A DNA stretch of 63,740 nt, counting the filler, from Octopus bimaculoides (taxonomy: Eukaryota), in the NCBI RefSeq assembly GCF_001194135.2. It is 7 parts of 7 records of this genome, joined end to end, with 100 filler letters (N's around TTAATTAATTAA, not from the genome) between each part and the next. Parts side by side here need not be neighbours in the genome. Positions count along the whole stretch, not along the records: positions 6,239 to 27,024 come from NC_068990.1; 6 more parts are not named here. One strand, written 5' to 3'. The notes under the pieces are model-generated. The model was not told the origin of the DNA, searched no databases, and saw only the letters and a list, made by a program, of their open reading frames with translations. Positions 10,730-23,347 of the stretch are shown piece by piece. The first letter of the stretch is position 1. Each line of letters starts with the position of its first letter. Both the position numbers and the translations under genes were made by a program.

Positions 10730-12607
10730 ATGCCTAATTATAAATCCTTCCTCCTCTGCATTCATCACCGCCTCAAAAAACACCTTACCACGCTTCCTTT
10801 CGGCTGCCTTCAACCTTCTATTAATCTTTCCCTACTCATTTTCAAAAACACACGCTTCTGTAATCACGTTTTCTTTATCAGTCGCTGCCCTCATCACCAC
10901 CTCATCTCCAAAGGTTTCCCCCTCCATTTCCACACAACCTTCCATTCTGCTTCTGTCATCTTACCCTTACTCCGCACCACTACCTGTTGCCTTATGCATG
11001 CCACTATTCGTTATAATCTCTCCAAAATGCACACCTTTGACCGCCTTCTACCTCTCGCTTATTCCACCTTTTCCTGCCGCTCACCAACAGTTGCACATTC
11101 CTCCTTACGCTTTATCCTCCACCTAAACCACATTCTCCACGGCTTACTCGCTCGCACTAAACAACATAAATTCCAGTCACTCTTTCATCCTGTCCCATCC
11201 GATGCCGCTACACCCACCCCTCCCCTCTTCCGATCCACTCCCCCTCATTCTCATTCCCACCCTTCCACATACCACTTCCTCCTCTCTCTCCTCCCGGCCT
11301 TCCACCGCCTGGGCCGCCGACCATCCTACTGGATGCCAGCTCCTGGCCAGTTCTAAATATCAGTCAACGTGTCGTAGACTGGTTCAACTTCCGCAGGCGT
11401 CCCCAGCTTTTCAGCATCTCCCCGGCCGATCTCTTGGCCCTTCGATGTCTCCGACGCCGCAAAGATATCGTTATCAAACCGGCCGACAAGGGTGGAGCTG
11501 TAGTGGTGTAGCATACAGACCTTTACAGAGCTGAAGCTCTCCGTCGACTTCAAAACACCTTCTATTGCCCTCTGCCCTCCAGCCCCGCACCTAACTACCA
11601 ACAGACTGTGTCCTCCATCATTCATGACCTCATTTCCTCCTCCTGTCTTCCTTCCACCGCCTCTAACCTCATTGTCCGTACCCCCATGCACCCCCACTAT
11701 TTACTTCCTTCCCAAAATACACAAGCCCAACAACCCTGGCCGCTCCATCATCTCCTCCTGCAACTGCCCCACCGAAATGATTTCCAAGTATCTTAACCGT
11801 GTTCTTGCTCCCCTAGTTGTTTCCCTCCCCTCACACAGTCACAATATCAATCATGCTCTCCGTCTTTTTAACTCTTTCTCCTTCCCTCCTGGCCCCTCTC
11901 AACTTCTGTTTACTCTAGACATTAAATCTTTGTATACGGTGATCTCGCACAACGAAGGCGTTCTTGCGCTTAAACACTTCCTTGATCATCGACCAGACCC
12001 TCAGGCTGACACCTCCACATTTCTTCGTCTGGCCGAAGTTCTCCTCTCCCTCAACTGCTTCTCGTTCGCGGGGGTGTTTTACCCATAGATCTAGGGAGTG
12101 GCCATGGGAACAAGAATGGACCTCAACTTTACGAACCTGTTCGTTGGCTATGTTGAGGCCCAAATATTTTCACAGTTCACTGGTCCCACTCCGAAGCTAT
12201 ACGGTCGTTATATCGATGACTGATCGGCGTGACCTAACTCTCCCGCGAACACCTTGACTCCTTTTTCTCCTTTCTCCAATCCTTTCATCCTGCCCTCGAA
12301 TTCTCCTGCACTGTCTCTAACTCTTCTGTCGACTTTCTCGACATTTCTGTCAACATACACCACTCCGCTCTCACTACCTCCATCCACTACAAACATACTG
12401 ATTCACATTCCTACCTTAACCTCTCCTCCCACCCTACCCACACTAAACTTTCCATCCCCTATTCCCAATTTCTCCGTCTACACCGGCTCTGTAGTGACGA
12501 CCATGACTTTGAAACCCAGTCTCAGCTCATGGCTCGCCACTTCAGCCTACGTGGATATCCCCTCACCATTATCCACACTGCCCTTGCCCGGGCATGATCT
12601 GTGGATC
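10730..12607 (+). pseudogene. Penelope-like ORF (N-terminal domain + RT), disrupted by stops and frameshifts; the GIY-YIG domain probably lies in gap 12608-13216
   Basis: Motifs IVIKPADKGGAVVV*, YFLPKIHKPNNPGRSIISSC, FTLDIKSLYT, GVAMG, GRYIDD across several frames. Confidence 0.9.
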
Positions 12608-13815
12608 NNNNNNNNNNNNNNNNNNNNNNNNNNNNNNNNNNNNNNNNNNNNNNNNNNNNNNNNNNNNNNNNNNNNNNNNNNNNNNNNNNNNNNNNNNNNN
12701 NNNNNNNNNNNNNNNNNNNNNNNNNNNNNNNNNNNNNNNNNNNNNNNNNNNNNNNNNNNNNNNNNNNNNNNNNNNNNNNNNNNNNNNNNNNNNNNNNNNN
12801 NNNNNNNNNNNNNNNNNNNNNNNNNNNNNNNNNNNNNNNNNNNNNNNNNNNNNNNNNNNNNNNNNNNNNNNNNNNNNNNNNNNNNNNNNNNNNNNNNNNN
12901 NNNNNNNNNNNNNNNNNNNNNNNNNNNNNNNNNNNNNNNNNNNNNNNNNNNNNNNNNNNNNNNNNNNNNNNNNNNNNNNNNNNNNNNNNNNNNNNNNNNN
13001 NNNNNNNNNNNNNNNNNNNNNNNNNNNNNNNNNNNNNNNNNNNNNNNNNNNNNNNNNNNNNNNNNNNNNNNNNNNNNNNNNNNNNNNNNNNNNNNNNNNN
13101 NNNNNNNNNNNNNNNNNNNNNNNNNNNNNNNNNNNNNNNNNNNNNNNNNNNNNNNNNNNNNNNNNNNNNNNNNNNNNNNNNNNNNNNNNNNNNNNNNNNN
13201 NNNNNNNNNNNNNNNNTAATCTTCTCTCTTCGTTCCTTTGCGCCCACTATTTCTCTTCATGACACCAACTCCACACGGATTCCCACACACCTACCACATT
13301 CAATAGCTCCCCCTTCCACCTACACATCTGCATACCACCATACAAATACCTATACACACTGTTCAACTAATTACTTACTTCACACACCACTGCACACACA
13401 CACACACAAACACCATCCCACTCGACACACACTAGCACCAAATACTTCTCAGCATCCAAGCGTCAGCACACATACGAGCAGCACCACACGCTGTCTAAGC
13501 CAGTACACACATTACACACCATTATGCACACACCCACACAAGCACATAATACCTGAACTCAGACAATACATACCCACAAACGCAAAACGCATAAACACAT
13601 GCATATGCACTATACATATGCACACTATACATATGCACTCTATTTGGTCACATACACACATACATACCCGCACACATACATACGCGCACACATACATACG
13701 CGCACACATACATACGCGCACACATACACACATACATACCCCTGAATAAGCACACATCAACTGCTACACACAACATACGCACACATGTTAGCCTCACACA
13801 TATGCACTAGTCTAT

Positions 13816-13850
<35 letters not shown>

Positions 13851-14347
13851 TACACAAAATGCACATCACTCCACACATCAGGTTACTTGTACACATACAC
13901 ACACGGGCCCATGCGTTTGCACATACATACACATGATTACCCCACACATACATACGCATGTCTATATGCACAAACACATACCTACCAGTACATGGAATGC
14001 ATGTCACTCCATATAATGTACACACTGGGTTACTAATACACATAAACACAAACAGGTCCACATAGTTTTCAGCTCGCCCACATACATACTCACACATTCG
14101 CCCTCCCATTCACACATACACAGTCACGCACACTGTTTTTACATACATACATGCGCTTGCACGCCTTAGTTCGTTTTTTTTGGGGGGGGGTCACCGTTAT
14201 CGTTATTAATATTATTATTATTATTTCCCTTTCATTCAACCCCTTTTTTCCGGTTATTTCCTCATGTTGGACCGTTGAACTCTGCACATTTTGTTCTCTC
14301 TCCGATTTTTTTTTTTAACTCTCTCTCCGTGCTTTTCCTCTTAATAC

Positions 14348-14382
14348 TTTTTCTCAAAGAACGTTGGCTCGAAACGTAAACG
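14348..14382 (+). ncRNA. Decayed hammerhead motif in the 3' pseudo-LTR
   Basis: TTCTCAAAGAACGTTGGCTCGAAACGTAAA aligns to the 10455 motif, but the CUG..GA core is lost. Confidence 0.4.
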
Positions 14383-15056
14383 ACTTTTCCACTCTTCCCG
14401 AGCGTTAAAATAACACACCTGCTTATTGTTCTTACACCTGTCTGTCTTCATCTTTTGTTTTCTGTAAATTTGAACTGCATACATACATACACATACACAC
14501 ACATACATACATACACACACACACATATATATATATATANNNNNNNNNNNNNNNNNNNNNNNNNNNNNNNNNNNNNNNNNNNNNNNNNNNNNNNNNNNNN
14601 NNNNNNNNNNNNNNNNNNNNNNNNNNNNNNNNNNNNNNNNNNNNNNNNNNNNNNNNNNNNNNNNNNNNNNNNNNNNNNNNNNNNNNNNNNNNNNNNNNNN
14701 NNNNNNNNNNNNNNNNNNNNNNNNNNNNNNNNNNNNNNNNNNNNNNNNNNNNNNNNNNNNNNNNNNNNNNNNNNNNNNNNNNNNNNNNNNNNNNNNNNNN
14801 NNNNNNNNNNNNNNNNNNNNNNNNNNNNNNNNNNNNNNNNNNNNNNNNNNNNNNNNNNNNNNNNNNNNNNNNNNNNNNNNNNNNNNNNNNNNNNNNNNNN
14901 NNNNNNNNNNNNNNNNNNNNNNNNNNNNNNNNNNNNNNNNNNNNNNNNNNNNNNNNNNNNNNNNNNNNNNNNNNNNNNNNNNNNNNNNNNNNNNNNNNNN
15001 NNNNNNNNNNNNNNNNNNNNNNNNNNNNNNNNNNNNNNNNNNNNNNNNNNNNNNNN

Positions 15057-15111
<55 letters not shown>

Positions 15112-15632
15112 AACGAAGGCAGCTATATACAAAATAAAACCAAAAAGGAAAAATTCAGTTGCTACTAATTCTGACTATCGGTGTTGGGTAGTACCTATGT
15201 TGCTAGAAATAAGAGTTTTAAAAAACCCTTAGAGCCCCAAGAAAGCACATTTTCATTCACTGACGGAGGAAATTTTTCAAAAAATAGAAAAGTTTTGCAA
15301 TTTTCAATTCATAATTTATAATCCATAATTTTGCTCATGCGCGTTTTAGACGAGCTAATGTTATGTAATACAAGGATACATTTATTCTGCACAGTATTCG
15401 GTTCATATTTAATCAACTATAGTATTACATAAATTCAGAAAATCAATATCTACATAGTCTCCTCACAGGCTATGCCACTGCGAAGAATATTTACAAGTCG
15501 AACCGGCGTACAAATATAATTGTATGGATTGCCTGGTTCACAACGGTTATCACTCGTCAATCTATTTATCCAAGTTATGTTACTACAGAGTGTTCAAAAT
15601 GTATCCACCTGGATTATATTATCCCTGTTGTA

Positions 15633-15935
15633 GAAGCGCATGGCTTAGTGGTTAGGGTATTCGGCTCACGATTGTGAGGTCGTGAGTCCGAATCCCAGCG
15701 GTGTGTAGTGTCCTTGAGCAAGACACTTTATTTCACATTGCTCCAGTCCACTTCGCTGGCAAAAATGAGTTGTACGTGTAATTCAAAGGGCCGGCCTTGA
15801 GACATTCTGTGTCACGTTGAATCTCTCTGAGAATTATGTTAAGGCTACATGTGTCTGTGGAATGCTCAGCCACTTTCACGTGAATTTCAGGAGCAGGGTG
15901 TTTCGTTCATCGGATCAACTGCATCCGATGAACGG
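15633..15935 (+). mobile_element. tRNA-derived SINE, family A, near full length
   Basis: A-box TGGCTTAGTGG, B-box-like GAGTCCGAATC, body AAGGGCCGGCCTTG...GTGTCTGTGGAATGCTCAGCCAC shared with 40141-40572 and 57745-57950. Confidence 0.8.
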
Positions 15936-16129
15936 AATGTCAGTTTTAATTTTAATTCCTGTGTTTTACATTCCTACATACATACATACATACATACATA
16001 CATACACACGTACGCGTGTGTGTGCGTGTGTGCATACCATGTATGTATGTGTGTATGTATGTATGTATGTATGTATGTATGTATGCATGCATGTAAGTAT
16101 GCATGTATGTATGTATGTATGTATACCTC

Positions 16130-16160
<31 letters not shown>

Positions 16161-17026
16161 CTGTGTGTGTGTGTTTAACCTCCACAACTGTTTGACAACT
16201 AGTTGCTTACGTCCCAGTGACTTAGCGCTTCGGCAAATGTACCAAGAGAACAAGTACCAGACCTTAAAAAGAGTATCGGGTCGATCAGTTCGACGAAAGC
16301 CCTTCAAGTAAAAGATAAAAGTTGAAAGATAATAGACCAAAATAAAGTGTTAAACTTAAATATGGATTAAAGCACAGTAGAACGCTGGCGACTAATGAAC
16401 AAATGAACAAACACACCATTGTCAAGGTCGTATGTATGTATGTATATATATATATATATATATACACATACATATATACATTACAGATAGGTATTCTCTG
16501 TATTGAATATATTTCGTAGTGCACAAGAGATTTGAACTTGAGCAGATAGAGGAATAAATGTAAGGACAAGCAAGTTAGGCAAGCCGATATACAAAACATT
16601 TTAAATGCATTTGATACAAAGAATGTACATAAAAGACATCCGACTTACACAGAAAAGAAATTACTTTTTTTATATGTATACATGTGTACACATTTTTTTG
16701 GTATTAAACGTATTTGATATATTTTGTATATCGACTTGCTTGTCCTTACATTTACATACCTACATGACATACATACATACATACCCATTCACGAACGCAC
16801 TCAAAGTATTTCATACTAAGAATCCATTGTATTTTTAAAGTTTTGGGATTGAGCAGTTAAAAAGAAATTGAAGTGGTGTTTAATACAAACTATTTCAGTT
16901 TTGTAAAGTTCATTTTGCATGGATGACTTTCTGGTCACAGTTAATGAAACGTGCTGGTTACAAAAGTGGTTTTACTAGTTGCAAAATTTTTCGCAGTCAA
17001 TCTCTGTCTGTCTATCTGTCTGTCTG

Positions 17027-17073
<47 letters not shown>

Positions 17074-18159
17074 NNNNNNNNNNNNNNNNNNNNNNNNNNN
17101 NNNNNNNNNNNNNNNNNNNNNNNNNNNNNNNNNNNNNNNNNNNNNNNNNNNNNNNNNNNNNNNNNNNNNNNNNNNNNNNNNNNNNNNNNNNNNNNNNNNN
17201 NNNNNNNNNNNNNNNNNNNNNNNNNNNNNNNNNNNNNNNNNNNNNNNNNNNNNNNNNNNNNNNNNNNNNNNNNNNNNNNNNNNNNNNNNNNNNNNNNNNN
17301 NNNNNNNNNNNNNNNNNNNNNNNNNNNNNNNNNNNNNNNNNNNNNNNNNNNNNNNNNNNNNNNNNNNNNNNNNNNNNNNNNNNNNNNNNNNNNNNNNNNN
17401 NNNNNNNNNNNNNNNNNNNNNNNNNNNNNNNNNNNNNNNNNNNNNNNNNNNNNNNNNNNNNNNNNNNNNNNNNNNNNNNNNNNNNNNNNNNNNNNNNNNN
17501 NNNNNNNNNNNNNNNNNNNNNNNNNNNNNNNNNNNNNNNNNNNNNNNNNNNNNNNNNNNNNNNNNNNNNNNNNNNNNNNNNNNNNNNNNNNNNNNNNNNN
17601 NNNNNNNNNNNNNNNNNNNNNNNNNNNNNNNNNNNNNNNNNNNNNNNNNNNNNNNNNNNNNNNNNNNNNNNNNNNNNNNNNNNNNNNNNNNNNNNNNNNN
17701 NNNNNNNNNNNNNNNNNNNNNNNNNNNNNNNNNNNNNNNNNNNNNNNNNNNNNNNNNNNNNNNNNNNNNNNNNNNNNNNNNNNNNNNNNNNNNNNNNNNN
17801 NNNNNNNNNNNNNNNNNNNNNNNNNNNNNNNNNNNNNNNNNNNNNNNNNNNNNNNNNNNNNNNNNNNNNNNNNNNNNNNNNNNNNNNNNNNNNNNNNNNN
17901 NNNNNNNNNNNNNNNNNNNNNNNNNNNNTTTGGAATAATACCAGTGATATCTTCGAAACATGTGTCGGAAGTAAAAGAATTTGAATAACACCTGCGTTTA
18001 ACTCCATTTGTTTATTTATATATATTATACAAAATATTTCACGTAAACCCGGAGTTTCTACCTTTAAAAACAAGGAGTTACAACTTATTACTTGTGTGAT
18101 TTTTTGCTACCTTGGTAACTATTTATTTATTCTTTCCGTGTTAATTGTTAACAGGGTAA

Positions 18160-18212
<53 letters not shown>

Positions 18213-18439
18213 AAAATTTGCTTAGAGGATATGTTAGCCTCATAAAGGCGTGGTTACATCCAAGGAAATACTAGTTCTATACCTATTATTTTGGGGAAAA
18301 TGAAATTCTTTTAAATCGATAGGTATATATTAAGCATACAATTCATGTTCAGTTAACTAAAGGAGAGAAAATGGATAGTTCAAAGTTAATAATTATTTAT
18401 TATTAACAAATTGGTAATCTTTACTTCTTACAGCCGTTT

Positions 18440-18632
18440 CCACTAGAGCCCAGTATGTAGATTACAGATTCATGCATTAAATTTGCATTTATATGTTATG
18501 AGCAAAATTTCTTCTGATAGGTCGGCATGTAACATTTTAAGGTATATCTTTTTCTCAGAAGAAAATATGCTCATAACATATAAATGCAAGTTTAATGCAT
18601 AAATCTGTAATTTACCTGTTGAGCACTAATGG
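18440..18632. repeat. Fold-back inverted repeat (MITE-like), ~78-bp arms
   Basis: 18440-18518 is the imperfect reverse complement of 18555-18632. Confidence 0.8.
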
Positions 18633-18861
18633 ATATTTTGGTGAATCACACGATGGCGTCAGGAGAAATACTTAACCAAATGCAAAATACTATATTTGGT
18701 CTTCTAAAAGTGGAGAAAGCCTTTGGCAAGGTGGACACACAATGGAAGTTAAGCTGCTGGCAACAAAGGTCTTTTCACGCAGAGTAAAGGGTAGATTTTA
18801 TGACTCTTGAGTCAGAATTGTAACACATGCATACGCGCGTGCAAACACGCGCGTGCGCACG

Positions 18862-18900
<39 letters not shown>

Positions 18901-19749
18901 TGGTGTCTGTATGTGAAATTACGAATCATTCATCTCGTCCAAAAGATTTTTAATTTCTCCACTGTTTTCATTATGACATCACAATGTTCGAACGTTTTCT
19001 CCAGAACTTTCGTTTCAAATATCATTTTCCACCACACAATAGTATAGTGAATGTTGATACTAAGGACATGGAGACAGTGGTGGCTAGTGTATAGGCACCG
19101 CGGAACTGCAGCTCTCCCTATTTCCACTCGATATTATCGATAACATTCAATATAATGAGTCTTTTTTTATTTTATTCTTTCTTTATATTTGTACATTATA
19201 TAATCCTTAAGCTTAATGTCAGTAGCCATCCCCTAGTTTATGAAAAAATACAAAAATCCTTGTATAAAACTGTGCGCTTCACAGTTCCAGCGACGCAATA
19301 TTTGGCTGTTGTGCGCATGCTCACATGTCCGAGATAGGAAGCTCTACACTAGGGAAAGAGAGCACTGCGACTCACGCAGTGCCGACCTTGGTGTACTGGT
19401 GGAAGGTAGTGTTTTTTTTTAACTCTGCGTGTCTTGTGCTTAAAAACGTGTTTATATTCTTGAATGTGATAAAGTGTAGAATTAGATTATAATCATGCTT
19501 CCAGCTATAATGTTGCTGCCAGCTATAATGTTGCTGCCAGGATTTGAAAAATAGGGCAGATTTTCCCCCTTATTTTGTGATTTAGGGGGAATTTTTGAAA
19601 AACAAGGGGGAATTCGCGGCAGTGTACAGTGAACAAATTGAATATACTTCTCGGCAGTGGCTAAAACGCGAACCTATCAAGTTTATGCATAAATTTTCTT
19701 TTTATAGCTGTTTCCTTTTACAACGGCTAAACATTTTCTGAAGCAGCAC

Positions 19750-21340
19750 CCCTACTAACTTAATCCACGAGCCACCACTGCATGGAGAGTGGGAAAGCTG
19801 GCTTTCTCCAGATATCCCGATTGCTCACCTCCCTCCTGGCTCCACTCAGACCATCTCCCGTCGCTGTCTTGTCGTCCCGAAACATACTGCGCCATGTCTT
19901 CCGTGGTCTTCCTTTCGGTCTTTTTCCTCCTTCTGGCGCCTATTCCATCACGATAGCAGCATGTCTCTCCTGCGGTAATCGAAGCAAATAGCCAGTGTAG
20001 GAGAACTATTTCATTTTGTCGGAACAGTATCTTTATATGGGTGATTTGGATAGCACAGCTAACTCTTGTTTGACCCGCGCATAAATACACACTGTCGCCT
20101 TGTCGCCAGGAACGCGCGTAAGCTTAAACAGTTCCAGCCAGGCTTTCGAGGAAATAATACTTATCTGCTATGTTCCTGACTGAACTCACAACCACGTTAA
20201 CTTTTCTAAGGGTTGTACATTCTAAAACCTATTGGATTATGTAACTGCTCAGGCTTTTATCACGTTTATGATTCTTATTCTTGTTAAATACTGTAAGTGT
20301 GTATTTTGTAATATGCTACACAAATACCATTTGAAATTGCCACCTTTTGAAAAGAACTCTGGTTATTTCTTCTGTTAATCTCGAACATCGTTATGCCATA
20401 TTTGTTAATGTTATATTCAGCATGCTGACAAGTTTCAATTTATTTCTTTCGCAGATTCACTTTATAATAAATTATTATCATTGTATTCAACCTTCTGACT
20501 TTCTTTAGAGTTATTCGTCTCAGCTTATTGAAAACCCCAGATGATAATTTAGTGCCTCTCCACTAAACCAGTAAACTGTCTCTGCTACTTAGTCACCACA
20601 TCCTACAAACATCCCATGCTAGCTCTTCTCATCACCTTAGTTTCTCACTCTGTCCAATTAAGAGATGCTCAGGACTGAAAGTAAGCAGCATCGATGGAAC
20701 ACGGTCCAGCAACTGAAAGATCTTCGCTGTTTTCTTCCAGGTTCCAGGCTCTTAGTATAAAAATAGATGAGTATAGCTGCAGCTTTATCTTCTTACTGGT
20801 GGTCTTCTATCTCCATATTGGATGAAGCCGTTGGAATATTGATGTTGCTTTATCTATCCTGGTTTTGGCTTCTGCATCACTCTCGTTAGAAATACAGCTT
20901 CCAAGATAAGTAAGCTTATCGAAGTACTTGATTTCATCTTAACCGAGATTAACAAGTTGTGATTGGGTTCCATCAATTGACATGGCTTTGTTGTTTTTTT
21001 TTTTGTTTTTTGTTTTTTTCAGTCCTAATCCGCAGACCTGCTTTTACTCCCAAACTGAATAGGCTATCTGTCGTCGCCTGCAGCATATCTCTATCGGACT
21101 TAATAGCGCCAAGTTCTCTGCAAAATCCAAAGCATCAGTCAACCCAGTTCCCGTGTTATTCCAAAACGTATTATCCATTGCATTCTGCATAATGAAGTCA
21201 CTTACCATCAGGAACTGAAACATTGAAATATGCAACCCTGCCTCACACAGATGGCAATTTCGAATATATCGGTGATTCTGCAGCTCGTCTTCGTGCAGCA
21301 CTCTTGAGTTCCTATACAGAGACTTGATATATCTGCTCGA
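19750..21340 (-). mobile_element. Degenerate RTE-type LINE (RT core to ORF2 C-terminus), interrupted at ~20150-20640
   Basis: Minus translation: DIFEIAICVRQGCI, DALDFAENLALLS, YFDKLTYLGSCIS, LDVFHRCCL (frameshifted), E*APEGGKRPKGRPRKTWRSMFRDD. Confidence 0.8.
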
Positions 21341-22285
21341 GACCCCATAGATTCATACATAGTATACATGTATATATTCGTATGTATGGACACGAGTGTG
21401 TGCGCGCGTGTATGTGTACATGCACGTTTGTGTGCATGTGTGCGAAACTAGGATTCATTCGTTTGCTCCAAATGATTTTTAATTTGTGCGTTACGTTATT
21501 GTCATTAAGACGTTACAATGTCCGTAACGTTTTTCCCAGAACATTCGTTTCAAATAATTTTCAGTCTCTTTCAACTTTTCGCAGTGATTAGAGGCTAAAG
21601 AGTGCATGCGCCAAGGCGCTCATCCAAGCATGTGAAGACTAGTATGAAGTTATAGTCATCTTACCTAGTATGTATGCATATATGTATGTTTTTTCTTTTG
21701 TTTATATATAAACCATCTTTACTTGGGCATGCACAGTCACACATGCACACTTGTTGTGGACTTTCTAAAAGTTACTTTTGCTGTTATCCTTAGAATTCTG
21801 TTCTGTTAAATTGTCCGATGTCTTTTTCTCATCACCCACTTAATTTTATTCTATCTACCTTTATACACTCAGGGGTGTATCTAGGGTACTTAGACTATTC
21901 GCTTTGCCAAATCCAAAACTGGGTCTCTGTCATGAACAAAAGATAAATCCCTTAAATCGCAATTTCAGCCAACCTTTTTTGTTTGATATTTTACTAACGT
22001 AAATATTTGAACTTTATGTTGCAAATGTATTTGTATGTCTTTCCTTCTGACTTTCCTCTTCTTTCCTTCTCTTTCATTAAATCCCGGCCATTTCAAGCTA
22101 GCCACTGCATAACCATGCGTGTTAGCTTATCCATGTTGCAAACCACCAATTACTGGATGCCCACCCTGATTCACTCCCCTGATAAGTGACATGGCTTCAG
22201 CCACCGTCTGAAACTGCCAGTGTATTACCTTGCATGACAACGTGGGTAGAGGTTGATATCTTAACATCTCTGATGGTCTTAAGTA

Positions 22286-23347
22286 TGTAGTGGCGCGAAA
22301 TTATAGCCGCCATTGAGGAAGTACTATTCTGCGCATGCGCAGGGGACTTCACCACCGGAAGTCCCTCGAGTTGCGCATGCGTAGTAAAACTCGTACTTAA
22401 AGAGAGAGTTTCACTTTGTTAAGTGAGTTGAGCTGAGACCTTCTACGTGACAACACCTCGCTCCTCCACGAAGCACTTTTAGACTGTTCTCTGGCAGGCA
22501 TCAAGGAAGCCCTTTAACCTATGTTGATTATTTCTCCTTATAAAGGACCCTTTCCTGTGCTCTCTCGCACACCCAAATTTTTTAAAATAGACGCTAATGG
22601 TCGTACGGAGACCGTCTGAAGAAAGCGTATTTTGATAAAACTACATCTTCCGTTGACAATACTGACATACCCCCTTTTCAACCTTTGCATACACCTTTGT
22701 CAACATCATCACCAACACATACACCTGTGAAAACTCCACCTTCATCGTTGAGAACTACCACAAGTGAACCCTATGTCACTAGGTCTGGCCGTACAGTGCA
22801 CTGGCCGAAGAAACTCTCCAAGACAATTTATATTTGACTGCATTGTATATTATTGCATTTTTCAGCATTCCTTTTGTAAAAAAGGCTCAGACTGTGTTTT
22901 TCCCTATTAGTACTGAACACTCAGACATTTCTTGCGCCACTGCATCAATAACAAGTAATAAAGGAACTGCAGTGACGTAAGCAAAAAAAATTTTTTTTAC
23001 AGCCAACATTTACCAAGCTGNNNNNNNNNNNNNNNNNNNNNNNNNNNNNNNNNNNNNNNNNNNNNNNNNNNNNNNNNNNNNNNNNNGGGGAGGGGGCCAT
23101 TGTAGTGACGCGAAATTATAGCCGCCATTGAGGAAGTACTATTCTGCGCATGCGCAAGGGACTACACAACCGGAAGCTCCTCGAGTTGCGCATGCGTAGT
23201 AAAACTCGTACTTAAAGAGAGAGTTTCACTTTGTTAAGCGAGTTGAGCTGAGACCTACGTAACAACACCTCGCTCCTCCACGAAGCACTTTTACACTGTT
23301 CTCTGGCAGGCATCAAGGAAGCCCTTAACCTTCCAATACCAACTACA
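22286..23347 (+). mobile_element. Internally deleted Ty3/Gypsy LTR retrotransposon
   Basis: 5' LTR 22286-~22520 (3'-truncated); integrase C-terminus PYKGPFPVLSRTPKFFKIDANGRTETV..LKKAYFD and YVTRSGRTVHWPKKL; PPT GGGGAGGGGG at 23087-23096; 3' LTR 23101-23347 with TGTAGT...ACTACA termini. No convincing TSD (AAGTA vs ATTTA). Confidence 0.9.
23101..23347 (+). repeat. 3' LTR, 247 bp
   Basis: Roughly 95% identical by eye to 22286-22520; 6-bp terminal inverted repeat. Confidence 0.9.

Larger units (their letters stand above)
9700..14480 (+). mobile_element. Near full-length Penelope-like retroelement with direct pseudo-LTRs (~9700-10531 and ~13790-14480)
   Basis: The two flanks share ordered blocks (GGCCCATGCGTTTGCAC, CCTACCAGTACATGGAATGC, GTCACCGTTATCGTTATT, CATGTTGGACCGTTGAAC, GGCTCGAAACGTAAA, CCCGAGCGTTAAA) and enclose a PLE ORF. 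Boundaries are approximate. Confidence 0.85.

Noticed and set aside
12522-18073. Long ORFs of 220-380 aa in the ORF track
   Set aside because: They consist of X from N gaps plus microsatellite translation.
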